The notes under the pieces are model-generated. The model was not told the origin of the DNA, ran no database searches, and was given only the letters and a program-made list of their open reading frames with translations. A stretch of DNA of 64,000 bases. Origin: Cetorhinus maximus. Taxonomy: Eukaryota. Positions 1 to 13,679 of this stretch are shown one piece after another. The stretch covers positions 23,436,001-23,500,000 of the forward strand of contig NC_135886.1 of assembly GCF_964194155.1 (NCBI RefSeq), given 5' to 3'. The position numbers were made by a program, and so were the translations under genes. Position 1 is the first letter of the stretch. Every line of letters begins with the position of its first letter.

Positions 1-424
1 TATTTTAATGGCTCAATGTGCTTAAAGTTTCCAACTTGAGGACATAGCCTAATAATGATTCAATGAGAGAATTAGTTGATAAAATAATGGCTAACATGAC
101 ATTACATTGTGACAATGGTGATTGGACCAAAGTGAATACCTTGTGCTTACTACATTGACAATAGTTTAGTTTTTGCTACCTCTGAATTACTTCAACTACT
201 GTTCTTAATGAGCTTTGTATAATTTTGCATGCAATTTGGTTATCTTATTTTATATCTAACGTTTAGGCATTTTTATTTTGAATGCTACTGAAGGATTGGA
301 GCAGACCTTCAAAGTCATTGATTAAATGTTTACCAGCTATTAATTTGTATGTGTTTTGAGCACTTTTACTGTATAATTTTGTTTTGTACTGTGTTTAATA
401 TGGAATGTTTCTCATGTATTTCAG

Positions 425-545
425 TCAGATTACTACTATGAATACACAGAATGTGACAATCTGGGCTCAAGATGGAGAGTAGCTGTGCCTCACACTCCAG
501 GGACCTGCATAGGACTGCCGGACCCAGTCAAGGGCACAGAGTGCT
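425..545 (+). CDS. ELAPOR1: ELAPOR1-like coding exon (first in window; [40 protein letters not shown])
   Basis: ttcag| acceptor, |gtaag donor, 121 nt open. The peptide matches the recalled human ELAPOR1 sequence [23 protein letters not shown]. Confidence 0.93.
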
Positions 546-749
546 GTAAGCTACTTGTCAAATTCAAATTTTGGCTTGAACATTTGTATATTTAAGTAAA
601 ATACCCTCAGGCATATGCAGAATTTGCCATGAAGTGTTTCTCATCCAGAGTTTTGTGTTTTACAAAAAAAAACCCAATACCAATAGCATGCCAGAGCAAT
701 CTTATAATATGCACCAAAGAACAAAATGTAAGTACGTTAATAAGTCTAA

Positions 750-850
750 GGCAGGGGCTTTCTGGCCCTGTCGAAAGTCAATGGACCTTTGGTTGGCTTG
801 CTGCATCCCTGCAGTGTGTCCCACCACGGTGGGGCCAGAAAATCCCAGCC
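750..850. mobile_element. ~100-bp Harbinger-type MITE
   Basis: Imperfect TIRs ggcaggggctttctggccc / ggggccagaaaatcccagcc, TAA target duplication on both sides (747-749, 851-853), central aagtcaatgg motif. Confidence 0.75.
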
Positions 851-1293
851 TAATACTCAAATCGATTGTGATAAATTGCTAAACTGCTAATTTACTAACA
901 TATGAGAAATATAACTGATAAGATTGATTCTAATATCTTGATCAAGATGCTGCTCAAAACCAATGCAGCAGTTGCTCTTTACTCATCCCTATATGGATGT
1001 TGTAGTCTTCGCAAAGAGCAGATGTCACCAATCCAAAGTTTTAAGTGTTGACCATTACTGCAAAGGGAGCTTTACGCTCGTAATCAAATGGTAAAGACCT
1101 GAATTTCAACTATTAGCAGCTTGCCTGAGGCCCGATTTGTGTTGCATTTTATTTACTCTGCAGACTTTGGGCTAAAGCAGGATATCGCTTTGGAAATGCA
1201 GGAACCTTTCACCTTTTTACTGTAGCCCAGCAATGACATAACTGGATCTGAAAAGGGCTAAAGCCTTAACTTGTATTCTACTATTTATACTGA

Positions 1294-1556
1294 GAGGAGA
1301 CAGTGGCATAGTAGTAATGTCAGTGGACTACTAATTTAGAGGCCCACCTTAATGACCTGGGTTCAATTCCCACCATGGGAGCTGGAATTGAAAGCTAGCC
1401 TCAGTAATGGTGACCATGAAACTGTCATTAATTGTTGTTAAAAAAAAACCCATCTGTACTTGCATGTGATCCACAGCAATGTGCTTAACTCTGAAATGGC
1501 TGAGCAAGCCATTCCTTTGAAGGGCAGCAAATGCTGGCCTTGGTAATTTGCATGCA
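1294..1556 (+). mobile_element. tRNA-derived SINE (family A), degraded
   Basis: Pol III A box (tggcatagtagt) and B box (ggttcaattcc); body similar to the copies at 12974 and 16030. Confidence 0.75.
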
Positions 1557-2469
1557 AGTTTAACGTAACTCAAACATATGTCAAAGTTTAATTGTGATTT
1601 ATTTAATATGGGAAAGAAAGCACTAGAGGATAATACATATCTGGTCTTATCTCCCAATAAGTCATGTGAGATTTAATATGTTTGACAACTATCTGATCCT
1701 ATTAAATTCCAAATTCATTTTGAATATTCTTTTAAAATGTGCAGGAGAAAAGCACCAGTCTGCCCTGTCAATTTAATATCCAAAGATACAAATCAGCAGT
1801 TTCAGGGGAGATGTGGAGAAACTGATATTTCAGTGCAGTAAAATTACTTGACTTGTGTCACTGAATCATGTTTTAAAACTCAATTGTCAACTGTGTAACT
1901 TTTATAAAGTAGCACACATATATTTGCAAGATTTCTTTTTAAACCTCTTCAGGGCTCTATGTATATTACCTTTAATAACCTTTATTAGAGACAAAAACAT
2001 TTAAGTACAATTTAACTGTAAGACATTGTGAGCAATACATGTGCTATAAGCCTCCAATAATTGTATAACAATGTATGTTTTCTTTATTAATTTCTTTAAT
2101 TCCTTTTCATCATTGATTGGAAGTTGCAATTTTGCCAAGTGCTTTGAAATTAGAGTAAGAGAATCAGTGAAACTAAAGAGAAGCTGTGGATGTGGAATTT
2201 TCCATTCTGGAAGTCCGATGATAGCCGTGAAAGTCGGTGTGACGACGAGACGGCTAAACACGCTTGATCTTCTGCTTTTCAGCTCATTATGAGGATCCAT
2301 GAGGAGCTCACCGAATGCTGTTGCAGGGCAGGCAGGAAATTGCCCGTCCCACCTTTACCTCATGGGGTCGAAGGTCCTGGCGCCATATTTAAATGGCACC
2401 CGGACAGACATTCACTCATTGCAGGCCAGGTGCTGTTGATAAGACATCTGCTTTGGCACCCAGACGGAA

Positions 2470-4200
2470 GCAATCTTTGGCCCCGGATTTCAGCAAATCC
2501 TCCCTGGGGATTCTTCTCTAGGCCACCCAGGAAAGATGGGAGCACCTCTTTCCAAAGGATGGAAGCAAAAGGCCCTCCCACCTGACCACTCCAGCCTAGG
2601 AGGAGGTTGCCAGGGAGGGTAACGCCCATGGGGACCAAAGAAAGGACCACCTTGCAATGCAAGAACTGGATGAATGATCTTCTGTGCTCTGCCAGAGCAA
2701 GTGCAACATTTACTCACTGCAAACTCACACTCTCATAAGGGTATCAAGCAGACTAAGGGCTAGAGTTCACAGGGATATCACACATGACTGGCAGATGGGA
2801 CATCAACACTGAATGTGTGCCAGCCACTTTAAGCTCACCATGTCACGTAAGTTCCTGTACCAACAGCTTCTTCATTACTTACTGGGGAGGAATCAACAGA
2901 GACAATAGGCATGCATGCTTTAGAACTGCTGGTTCATCCATTGGGATGAATCAATTCTTATGTCTTTCTGCAGGGCAAAATTACCCATAACGAAAGAGTG
3001 TGCCAAGGCCAGAGGTGGAACCCCTGAGATCCGTACCCTTTCAAGCTTCGAAGAACAGACTGCAGAGCTCGCAGGAGAGGAGAGAGATCATTCCTGTGAG
3101 GAAGATGAGATCAGCCTCCCCGAACAATGAGTGAGGATGTATCCAGTACACATTGACAAGTTGCGAGCAATGACTGTGACTGATTTTTATTGACTGAGCT
3201 TGCCCTGTCGATCACTAATTCTCTCTTCTCCCTATTCCAGGTACCAGCAAGAAAATGGGGAGGACGTCGTCCTCCAGATGACACAGCCCCATCCCCCAGG
3301 CCACCTCTGAGGAGGAAGCCGCAGTATCCTCCGAGGAAGCATTGTAACTGCATTAACCTGCACCCTTCACCAGTGCAAATACATACACCTCAGCAGGGCT
3401 TAGTTCTACAATCGGGTTCACAATCTGGTGATCACCTCACAGACATGGGTCCACAGCAGGTGGAGGCAATGACAACCAAGATCTTGGACACTCAAAGGGC
3501 TGCTGGAGACTAGGCACCTCCTGAGACAGAGTCTGATGACAAGCCTCTGGACTCGATCTTATCAGATCTTTTGGAGATGCAGAGACAGGCAGGGGAACGT
3601 CAAGCAGAGTTGTCAGAAGACATTTGCAGACTGCACTGAAGGATGGAGGGGTCTGTCCACGTTCTCTCCAATGCCATGTCTCCAGCATGCGAGCATTATG
3701 AATTCACCATTGGAAGGGTGGCAGCTATCTTGGAGACCCACGTCCAGCAGTTCCTTCCAGATATGCACACCATTGCTTTAGCCTTGCGTGCGTTTCAGCA
3801 TTGGCTAGGCAAAAGGGGATCAGGGCATCTTGACCTCTGTCCAGGTGCCCCTTTTCCTCAAGGAGTTAGGGAGGGGCCATCAGGACCAAAGGGAGGAGTA
3901 GCGCCAGCCAGGAACCCCAAGGGCATCCACCCAGGGCACTCCAAGTGTGTTCTGCCATTCCAACTCCTGCCACTCTGCTCCCCCTGCCAGTGTCCCCATC
4001 AACTTCAGCAGGTCAGGCTGAGGAGGGGTGTGCCTACACCTGAGCTGGGGACCCTTGGCAGGTTGGGGTCCTCAAGGTCTTGGGCTACCAGAGGATGCCC
4101 ATCAAAGACATCTCATACAGCAGTGAGTAGGCTGCCTCCACCCCAGCTGTCAGGGCCACAGCTAGACATAGTGGTAGGATTAGAAAGATTTAGAAGTAGT
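2470..4200 (+). pseudogene. Harbinger Myb/SANT-like (NAIF1/MSANTD-type) gene remnant, three exons
   Basis: Frameshifted reading LFPKDGSKRPSHLTTPA*EEVA..RTTLQCKNWMNDLLCSAR. Exon 2 follows ctgcag at ~2973 (GKITHN..GGTPEIRTLSSFEEQTAELAG); exon 3 follows ttccag at 3240. Confidence 0.65.
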
Positions 4201-5869
4201 GAATGCACACTGGTGGCACAGGTGTTCACTCGTATATATTTTTCACTTTTGTAAACATATGTTGAATCTATTCTTCTCCAAGTCTCATGGATTCCATTTC
4301 TATTCAATTGACTTCACTGTTTTGCAGTCATTTGAGGGTCCAGAATGTTGCAGTGAAATCCCATCAAGATCTTCACTTGCATAAATTTTCACACATCTTT
4401 ACCACAGTGAGTAGTCTATAACTCCACATCAGCAACATCAGGCAATATACATCATTTGTGATACTGCTGCCTGGCCAATACACGTGTCAGCCTCTTTTTT
4501 TCTCTGGCAACTATGCTTTGGCCTTTGGAGAAGTGCTCATCGAGGTTATTGATTTAACTGATGCAGTTGCAATGATGCCTGTTGCTTGTGGATGGCACAA
4601 GTGGTCGTCACTACTCACTTTATATTCATATGTCCAATGTGTCGTTTAGAATGGCACTTACTCTGAGAATCTGTTTATGAAAAAGGTACTGTAAATCCTT
4701 GAAGCCCATAGGTTTCCATGCCTCTCCGCAGGAAGATGTACTGTCTGTGTTTAAGGCTGAACATCATTCCTTGGTGATTTCTCACTCTGCACGCAAGACA
4801 CTGAACAAGGCAAGTGAGGATCCAACGGAAACCTTAGACTTTACTGCAAGAGAGATTAGAGTGTGTGATGTAAGAGGTGTGTGTTCATCTTGATGAAGCC
4901 GCTTCCTTGCCTCATACAACCTTTATTTGGCCCTGCATTGCTGCTTAGTGGGGCTTTAAGTGCCCCCTGGGTAAAGGCACAGCACTCAACTCGATGTGGA
5001 ATTCATTGCATGACATTGCTCTCATTGACTTAGGATATATAAACAGGAATGACATTTGTGAGCTGAACTGTTTCGAGGACTGTGATGCTCTCAAAGCGTT
5101 GCGTATGCAGCTCTAATAAGGCTTTAGCAAAGTCCCTGAAGGAAAAAAATTAGCCATTGGCTGTTGTGTCAATAATGACTGGTCAAGGTTTTGACCTGAT
5201 GCAAAGGTTGTCAGGCTTCTGGCGACTGCAGGGTCCACGGGTGGTTGCACCTCAGCCATTGTCCTGATGAGGCACTCTCTGTGAGGTCAGTGCAAACAAC
5301 CCTTGAGACTTAACTGCATGATCTAGATGTTAATGGTTGCTGCTTCATGATATGTGACTGGCAATTGGGGGACAGTAGCAAGGTGATGCCTTAACATTTT
5401 ATATTGAGGAGAGCTGGCAATGGGACATATGGAGCTCTCATGATGCTGCTCCCTGCTGAGTCGTACATGTGGTTATGCCTGATAAAGTGAGATGTGTGGT
5501 CGGGCTGCCTTATTGAGCAGGTATCCGACTGACATGAGTGTATCCTGTGTAATTTGGAATTGTAGCAGCTTCTAACTTGCCATCCATACTGACTTGGTGA
5601 GGTCATGGGTGAAAGGATTACACTGTGGAGTTGCTTAAGTATGTGCAAGAAGGGAGTGCTGTTCAGGTTCCATAGTGGCCAGATGTTGCCAAGGCTACTC
5701 CTTCCAAGGATGATCCTATCATTAGGGCATAAGGTGAGTACTGATATTTCCATAATCATTATAAGAGCATTGAACTTTTGGGATATTTTCTCACTGAAAT
5801 TGAAGGTGATGGGGCATTCCATGCAGCAATGGATGAAGAAACGAGCACTTGTGAGAATTTATCAGCACT

Positions 5870-6110
5870 TTACTCCTTCTGGAATCTTGTAGCTATCAGG
5901 TTGTCATGGGCACATCTTCCACATGTTTCTCATGCGATGGCCTCTTCATGTGGCTCAACTACATCCTCGTCCTCTTCAAATCCATCTCCTTCAATGTCCT
6001 TCTGATCCGAGGAGAAGTCTCGCTCTTCTATTTCTCCCTTAGACAACACATCCCCCTTTGCAGCACATGGTTCTGCAAGGCACAGCAAACAACGATGACG
6101 TGGGACCTTT
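5870..6110 (-). pseudogene. Harbinger transposase C-terminal remnant
   Basis: Minus strand reads VIVVCCALQN, then (frameshifted) an acidic tail GEIEERDF..EEDEDVVE..HDNLIATRF. The catalytic core is absent. Confidence 0.65.
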
Positions 6111-7966
6111 TTCCCCAGCCCTCCCCCTAGTCCTGCCTCTGTCTCACCCTTCCCCACTGGTCCATCTTCCCCCACTCCCTCCCCCCACAACCCTGAGTCC
6201 TGCCTCCATGTCATTCTTCCCCTCTGGTCCTTCCCCCACACCTTATTCTTACCTCTGTCTCACCCTTTCCCTCTGGTCATGCCTCCCATGCCCAGCCTTG
6301 GCTTGTGTCACAGGCACATGATATATTTCAGTGATGCTGCTTTCACCTTTTTGCACCCTCTACTGACCTTCAAGTCGTGGATGAAATGAAGCTCACTGGG
6401 TGTGTGCCACAGTCATAAAACAGAATGTCCTAATTAGCCGCTGACGGGGAACTTAATTTGGAAGGGGAACGTGATTCTGGCAAGTTGGCCTTTCAGTGAG
6501 CATTCATGAGGTGCTAATGAATGCAAATGGGGTTTCCAATATTGCTCAGCAGGGAAACCTGACCTGCCTTGACAGTCGGGAGAAGAAACTTCCAGACTAA
6601 CTTTTTGTTGGTGGGAAACTGACTTTTTCGTTCATGCCAAATTAAGGGCTCCAGCCCACCAGGATTCCCGCTGCTGGCAGAATTGCAAGCTTCTGCCCAA
6701 TGTTTGAGACTGTGGTGATCATATTATTATGCATTTACTTGGCAAGAAGGTAAAATGACTTTATTTGGCTAGGCGGTTGATTTTAATGAGTAATTGACAT
6801 GAGATATATTAGAAATAGCGTCATGCTGAGGTTTGCAATTTCTATTGACCCCTTTTTATTTAAAAACCTTGCAAATTACTTTGCTCTTAATGATTTTTAT
6901 TTGTTGCTTTCCTTATTGGCAACGATAATATATGTTGTGTGATCAACTCCAAAACACTTTAGGCTGATGCAGGACTATGTAAATCTGTGGCAGAGGATTT
7001 TAGCAGATATTTCTCAGGAGAAGTGCAAATTATCGCAAAAATCTATGTCTGGCAATGTATGTGTGAATTTGCTCTGAGATAAATTCTTGGTGTCATAACA
7101 CTCTTACACGGTAGTAATGCCGAAGCACTCCAGTGGCCTGGAATTTCATGGAGTGGTGCAACTTGTCAAATTACACCAAAATCAACGACTATTTTTGTGA
7201 ATAGATATGTATGCTGAAATTTCCTGCTACTCTCCACATGCCAGAATGTAACAACTAGGACAAATCAACAGATATCAGCATAAACAACCAGGACCTAAGG
7301 AAAGCGCAAACTTACATCATATTCTTTCTCTAAGTCCCACTTTATGTATGAAAGTTAGACTTTGAAACCAACAAACTGTCATTTGTTTCAGATTTCCAGC
7401 ATCCGCAGTATTTTGCTTTTATCTAAACTGTCATTTGTGTACATTTGCATCAGTACATTTAAGAAAATGTAATTAAGGGTGCTTTTCAATTTTTAATGTT
7501 GAGTTTTCTGATCCCATAAAGTGCATTAAAATGTATGAAGAAATACAAGGCAATTAGGAGAAATAATGATCAAAGAACTAGCATAAATGCAAGATATTTG
7601 CATTCTCTGGCCTTTTGTATGGGTATGCAGCTATGTTACCGTGTGACAGAGGGCTTTGGCAGACATTTTGCCAAAAGAACGAGAACATTTGGGTACAGCT
7701 TCAGTTACTGACATGCAAATTTTCTCAATGCTTTACACTAAAAATTGGCATTACCACATTTTTATGCTATTGTTTAGGTGTACGTTTTCAGGTTACTCCA
7801 GAATTAATAGATAAACATGCAAAAGTTTTTTTTAGTCAGTTTTTAATTGTGATAATTGAATAGTAACTCTTTACAGATACATACGAGTCAGTTGAACATA
7901 TGTAATACATTTCCTTGAGTTTTGACTTGTTCAAATTTCTGATGTTGGCTTTGTACATTTATATAG

Positions 7967-8153
7967 CTTTTTCCTGTGGAGCTGGTCAGTTCTTAGACAT
8001 GAGGAACCAATCATGCAAAGAATGTGTTGCTGGTACTTACTCTCTCGGCACTGGCATTGAATTCAATGAATGGGATGGGCTGCCATCAGGATTTGTCAAC
8101 ACGGGGACAGCTTTAGAGTCTTCAGACAACGAGTTAACTGAGAATTGCACCAT
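7967..8153 (+). CDS. ELAPOR1: ELAPOR1-like exon ([43 protein letters not shown]...ENCT)
   Basis: tatag| acceptor, |gtagg donor; phase continues from the previous exon; lies within ORF 7915..8157. Confidence 0.92.
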
Positions 8154-8674
8154 GTAGGTACATTTATGTATAGATCAACAACAGTCTTAGCAAGTTACAG
8201 AAGGAACTGATAGTTCCCTCCTGATCTGTTTTAATATTTATTCGTTATAATTTTTAGCTACAACATATTATGCATTGCATTGTTACAGTTTGATGTGCAA
8301 TACACATGGTGAATTGTGCATGTTACCATGTGATACCAAGAGAGTCTTGCAGAGTGTTAAATTTTTAAAATCCTGCCAATTAGCCTAAGTTTCATTGGGC
8401 TAGATATTCAATCATTTAATTGTTACACTTTAAATGAGTAGTTTTCTAAATGCAATCTCTCAGCATGGATTCTCAACTACTAAGGGCACATATTGAAAAA
8501 TCAGACACAAGCCGCAGATAAATGTTTTCACTCTTGTGTAAACTGAAGGAAATATGGAAAATCTAGAAGAAATAGGGGAAAAATTTAATAATCTATGGAC
8601 AAAAAGTTTCATTATGATCTGGGAGCACTATAGCTGGGTGTATAGTTAGGATCCTTGCTCTTCCTGATATAAAT

Positions 8675-9615
8675 TAATGACCTAGACTGTGATGTGCAGG
8701 GCATTATTTCAAAATTTGCAGATGATACGAAGATTGGAAATGTTGTCAACTGTGATGGAGATAGTCTTAAACTTTAAAAGGACATAGACATGTTGGTGGA
8801 TTGGGCAGACAAGTGGCAGATGAAGTTCAATGCGGAGAAGTGTGAGATGATTCATTTTAGCAGGAAAAATATGGTGAAATATATAAAATAAAATATAGCT
8901 TCTAAAGGAGGTGCAGGAACCGAGGGACATCGGTGTATACATACATAGGCCATTGAAGATGGTAGGGCATGTTGAGAGACCAGTTAATAAAGCGTATAGT
9001 ATCTTAGAATTTATTAATAGGGACATTGAGTTACAAGAGTACGAAGGTCACGTTGAACTTGTGTAAGACACTAGTCAGGCCTTATATGGGGTACTGTGTC
9101 CAGTTCTGGGCACCATAATTGAGCTAAGATGTGAAGGCATTGGAGAGAGTACAGAGAAGATTCACAAGAATGATTCCAGGGATAAAGGTATGAGGATAGA
9201 TTGTAAGGTTGTGACTCTTTTCCTTGGAGAAAAGAAGGGTGAGAGGAGACTTGATAGAGGTATCCAAGATCCTGAGGGGTATGGACAGGGTACATAGTGA
9301 GAAACTGTTCCCACTCAAGAGAGAGCACAGACTCAAAATAATTGGCTAAAGCAGTAAATGTGGTGTGAGGAAAAAAAATTTCACCCAGAACGGAGGGTTG
9401 GAGTCTGGATCAAACTTCCTGAAAGGGTGCTGGAGGCAGGTTCGATCGAGGTATTCAAAAGGGAATCGGATTGCTATCTGAAAAGAGAGAATGTGCAAGG
9501 TGATGGGGATAAGGCAGAGGAGTGGGACTAGGTGGAATGCTCTTTCGGAGAGCCAGTGAAAACTCAATGGGCCAAATGGCCTCCTTCTGCACTGCAAAGA
9601 TACTGTGATACTGTG
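8675..9615 (+). mobile_element. CR1 LINE 3' fragment (RT C-terminal part and tail)
   Basis: Degenerate ISKFADDTKIG..WADKWQMKFNAEKCEMIHF; ends in a (ctgtgata)n-type tail. Confidence 0.85.
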
Positions 9616-11299
9616 TCCTTTGGTAAATGCTACCAGCAATGGCTTATAAAGCAAACAGAATACTAAAAAACGTTGACCAGTATTTGCATAGATCACACTT
9701 AGGGCATTTGGGAAAGAAAATTGTTACCAAAATACGCAGGGGGTGAAAATCTTTCTCGCTCATCAGGTCTAATATTGGTGGAAAAGCATCAGAAAGCTGA
9801 AAAAATGGCGTAAACAGCATTTATACCATTTTCTGTGGTTTCCGTGGTCTTCCACTGAATGAACAGGAAAAAAATCACAACCCTTGCAGAAGTTCACCTC
9901 CTGTAATATACTGATTGATAGACAGATACAAATAGACACAAAATGACAGGCAAAAATATTGCAGTAGTTCAGACTATGTTTTTAACTTTCCCTGCACCAG
10001 TGAATAAATTCCTGATACAACACGAACGCAAGGCTTTTTGTGACCTACTGAATGTGATTAGCTATTATTTAAGCAAATGTACAACCTTTCCCTGAAAGAG
10101 TTACTTTCTCTTGAAATGCTAAGGTAGTTGTTGATTGAAACGGAATGGATTTAAACATATTGATTATTTGGTTCATATCTGCATCTAAATTAAAAAGAAG
10201 TATCTTTTAAACAAAGTGAATACGGAAGTGTTTTAAATTACCTGATTAAATAATTTCTGTAAATAGAAATGTGCTAATCTAGGCGGGAGAGCATATGACC
10301 TTAACTATCTCATGCAAGAGTATTCTAATCTAGACAGCTGGAATCATTGATCCTGTAAGAAGCAGAAGAATTCCATACTTCAGTATACTGACAAATATAT
10401 TCCGGGGAAGCAGACTAATCCTCCACCTCCTTGCTCAGCTAGTTCCCAATCTCAGCCACATGTGGCATTATGAGGAAGCCAAGTACCTTTGTACAAAGAG
10501 ATGAAAATTATATAAAAACCTCCACTGGGCAATCCTCACAGCTCTGCTGATAGTTATGAGTGACTGAGCCACACAGACTGGAAAGATTTGGGGCCTGATT
10601 TTAAATCTGTGTAAGTGAATGGGTTAAGAGTGAGTTAAAATCTTGCCACTGATGTTTAATCCCACAGCAATTCTCACTAAAGTGGTGGGCAAGTTAAAAT
10701 TGGTAGAGCTGGGTTAGAAAGGTGAAAATCAGCCAGGGGAGTTGTAGTCCTAACCTCTGCTGGCATCCATGAGCTTGGATATCAAATAAGGAAACAATTA
10801 GATTTAGGTGTGATGTCATGTGTAGCTAAAAAGCCATCCACATTGTTAAAGCTCATTTGTGAATAATGCCCATTCAGTAAGATATTAATGAGTGACTCGT
10901 GCTGGTGGAATAATACCCCAGGAAGAGTCAACACCTTTAGTGGGAGAGAGAAAGAAGAAGGCTGGTGAAAAAGAACAAGTATTTTTATAAAATATGAGTG
11001 CCTTTCCTTATCCTCAAAAGAACCAACCATAAGGACCCCCGTGGGTTAAGTATAAAGTTACACTTGCTTTAGGAATAAGCGTATCTGTTTTCTTATTTTC
11101 TCCAATAGTTTCAGCTATAGTTACCATTTATGGCAATCACTTCTGTACTAACAGCCCACACATCAGTATAATTACCAGTACCTGTTTGTTTGATTGCACA
11201 GATATTGCAGCTCAAAGATTTGTCAGTTATTGCTTTCAGCACACAACAGGATAGGACTATGTTAAACTAGAAATGAACTTTCCTATGTATTTTTGATAG

Positions 11300-11447
11300 G
11301 TCAAAATGGACTCTTAAAGGTGATTTCATAGCATCTAACAGCGATGAGTGCACAGCTATCCTGATGTATGCAGTGAATCTGAAACAATCAGGCAGCATCT
11401 CGTTTGAATATCAGTATCCAGACACCAACATATACTTTGAATTTTTT
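11300..11447 (+). CDS. ELAPOR1: ELAPOR1-like exon ([49 protein letters not shown])
   Basis: gatag| acceptor, |gtaagt donor, 148 nt. [11 protein letters not shown] motif matches ELAPOR1. Confidence 0.93.
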
Positions 11448-12973
11448 GTAAGTATTAACAGCCGACTGTTGAGCTAAGTTATGGACTTTTTATTTGTGCA
11501 GTGCTGATTTCTTTGAATATACGTCTAGAACAGAAAACGAATGTCGGTGGTCTCAGAACCTGTACAACTATTTTCATTGCCCTTCAGAAGAAAACAAAAG
11601 GAAACATACAAAAAAGAAACAGCATTAGCTAGCAAGTGTGAATCCCATAAAAGTGCAAAGATGAAAGGAAATTGCATTTTTATTCAAAATGTACTTAATT
11701 GGGAAAGGAAATTTGTGACATGTATAAGGATATTATTGCTGCCCTAATAAAATAATACCCAGTACTACTTGTATAAGAACAGTCAAGGATGAGCAAAAAC
11801 TGTTTGACCCATCAAAGCTTGCCCAATATTAACTTAATTCTCCTGACCTAGCATCCAATTGCAATTTTAACAAAAAAGCTACAGAACAATCAAGTATATT
11901 CTATTGAAGCTACATCCTTCCCTTCTTTCTGGGTAGTGCATCTGTTTGGCACCAAGGAATCTTAGCAAAACTGAAGTCAATGTGGATCAGAGGTAAATCT
12001 CTCCACTGGCTGGAGTCATGCTTAGCAAAAAGGCTATGTTAAGGCCAATCATCTCGGCCCCAGGACATCACGGCTGGTGCGCTCGTGGCATGTTTCTGGG
12101 ACCATCACAATCAGTGAATAGTAATAATTTTACAATATCATTGTCAATTGAGAATGCAAAAGTACCACAAAAAGTCAACCGAGTTAATTCCCATTTTTTA
12201 AACAATAGTTCTGCCTGCTTCTGTTAATTTTTAAAAAAATTATGTTTGCATGGTCTGATTTGATCTGTAAAGTACTATTTATCCCACTTAAACTTCCATC
12301 AATTGTTACAATTTAAGCTAATTCACAGTACTCTTTGTGCTCTGGAAAAGTTAAATTCCATAGGCAAACCTGCCCTTCCTGCCAGACTGAAGCCTGATTT
12401 CAAGTGCTTGATACCTGAGATAGTGTTGCTGCGGGGTAAACATTGAATCATTCCTAATGCTTGTGCAGGCATGAAATGATTGGCTTGGGCTTTCCACCAT
12501 TAATAAAATGACTTACACACCAGGTGTTATAATAAAGACTTGGCAGAAGCAAGAGTGAAGCATCTGATAAACTTAATGAATGCTGCACTTAATAAAAATG
12601 TTTGCTCCCCAAACAAACAAAATGTAAAAGTCTAGTCAACTTCTTTAGAACTTTTGCACATAAGCCCAATAAACAAACTTTACATGAGAAATAAATCTCA
12701 TTGAACAACTGTGCAACCAACTTGTATATTGTCACATTGAAGCAGGAAACTATAGAACATGAGATACCCAGCCTGGTTCATATGTCTGCTTTTTATTTCC
12801 AAACTAGTACAAAGATAAAAACTGTATACTGCACAATTAATCAAAATTATCAGTCAAAATGGACTTCCATAAGACATAGGAGCAGAAATTAGGCCATTTG
12901 GCCCATTGAGTCTGCTCCGCCATTCAATCATGGCTGATAAGTTTCTCTCCAATGGCACAAAACACCCAAACCA

Positions 12974-13291
12974 GGAGGGAGGCTGTGGTGTCGTGGTATT
13001 GTTACCTAGATTGGTAATCCAGAGACCCAGGGCAATTTTCTGGGGACCCAGGTTCGAATCCCACCATAGCAGATGGTAGAATTTGAATTCAATAAAAATC
13101 TGGAATTAAAAGCTGAGTGATGACCATGAAACCATTGTCGATTGTTGTAAAAACTCATCTGGTTCATTAATGTACTTTAGGGAAGGAAATCTGCCATCCT
13201 TACCTGGTCTGGCCTACAACCAATGACTCTTAAATGCCCTCAAGGTAAAAAATGCTGACCTAGTGTCAGACCCACACCCCAAGAATGAATT
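12974..13291 (+). mobile_element. tRNA-derived SINE (family A)
   Basis: A box tggtgtcgtgg, B box ggttcgaatcc, shared body aaaactcatctggttcattaatg..ggaaggaaatctgcc, and a tail ending gaatgaat. Confidence 0.8.
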
Positions 13292-13349
13292 TCCCCCTCC
13301 CACCATTGGCAGGGTTTGTGGCGAGCGGGGTCAGACAATATAGTGAACT

Positions 13350-13660
13350 GGCAAATGAGGTTAAGGGATAGGTTAATAGTGTTCAGTGGTAGGATCAGAA
13401 GATTGGAAAGAATATAAAGAACAGTAAAGAATGACAAAATGATTAATAAGGAGGGAAAAATTTGAGTATGAGAAAAAGCTGGCTAGTAACATAAAGGCAG
13501 ATAGTAAGAGTTTCTATAGATATTTAAATAAGAAAAGAGTTAAAGTGAGCGTTGGTCCTAAAGAGAGTGCGTCTGGGAAAATGATAATGGAAAGTAGGGA
13601 GATGGCGGATGAAATAAACAGGTATTTTGCTTTGGTCTTCACTATAGAGGACACAAGTTA
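13350..13660 (+). mobile_element. CR1 ORF2 internal fragment
   Basis: Degenerate reading EYEKKLASNIKADSKSFYRYLNKKRVK..VGP..EMADEINRYFALVFT, typical of CR1 ORF2. Confidence 0.75.
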
Positions 13661-13679
13661 CAAGTTGATGGTAATGAGG

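Larger units (their letters stand above)
2185..6698. mobile_element. Degenerate PIF/Harbinger transposon (Myb/SANT gene on +, internally deleted transposase on -)
   Basis: Right TIR ...aagcttctgccc ends at 6698; the left end is degenerate, so the start is approximate. Contains Myb/SANT-like exons and a transposase C-terminal remnant. Confidence 0.7.

Noticed and set aside
1294-1380. tRNA genes suggested by A/B boxes (also at 12974, 31330, 34140)
   Set aside because: The boxes run directly into SINE bodies and no full cloverleaf is evident.
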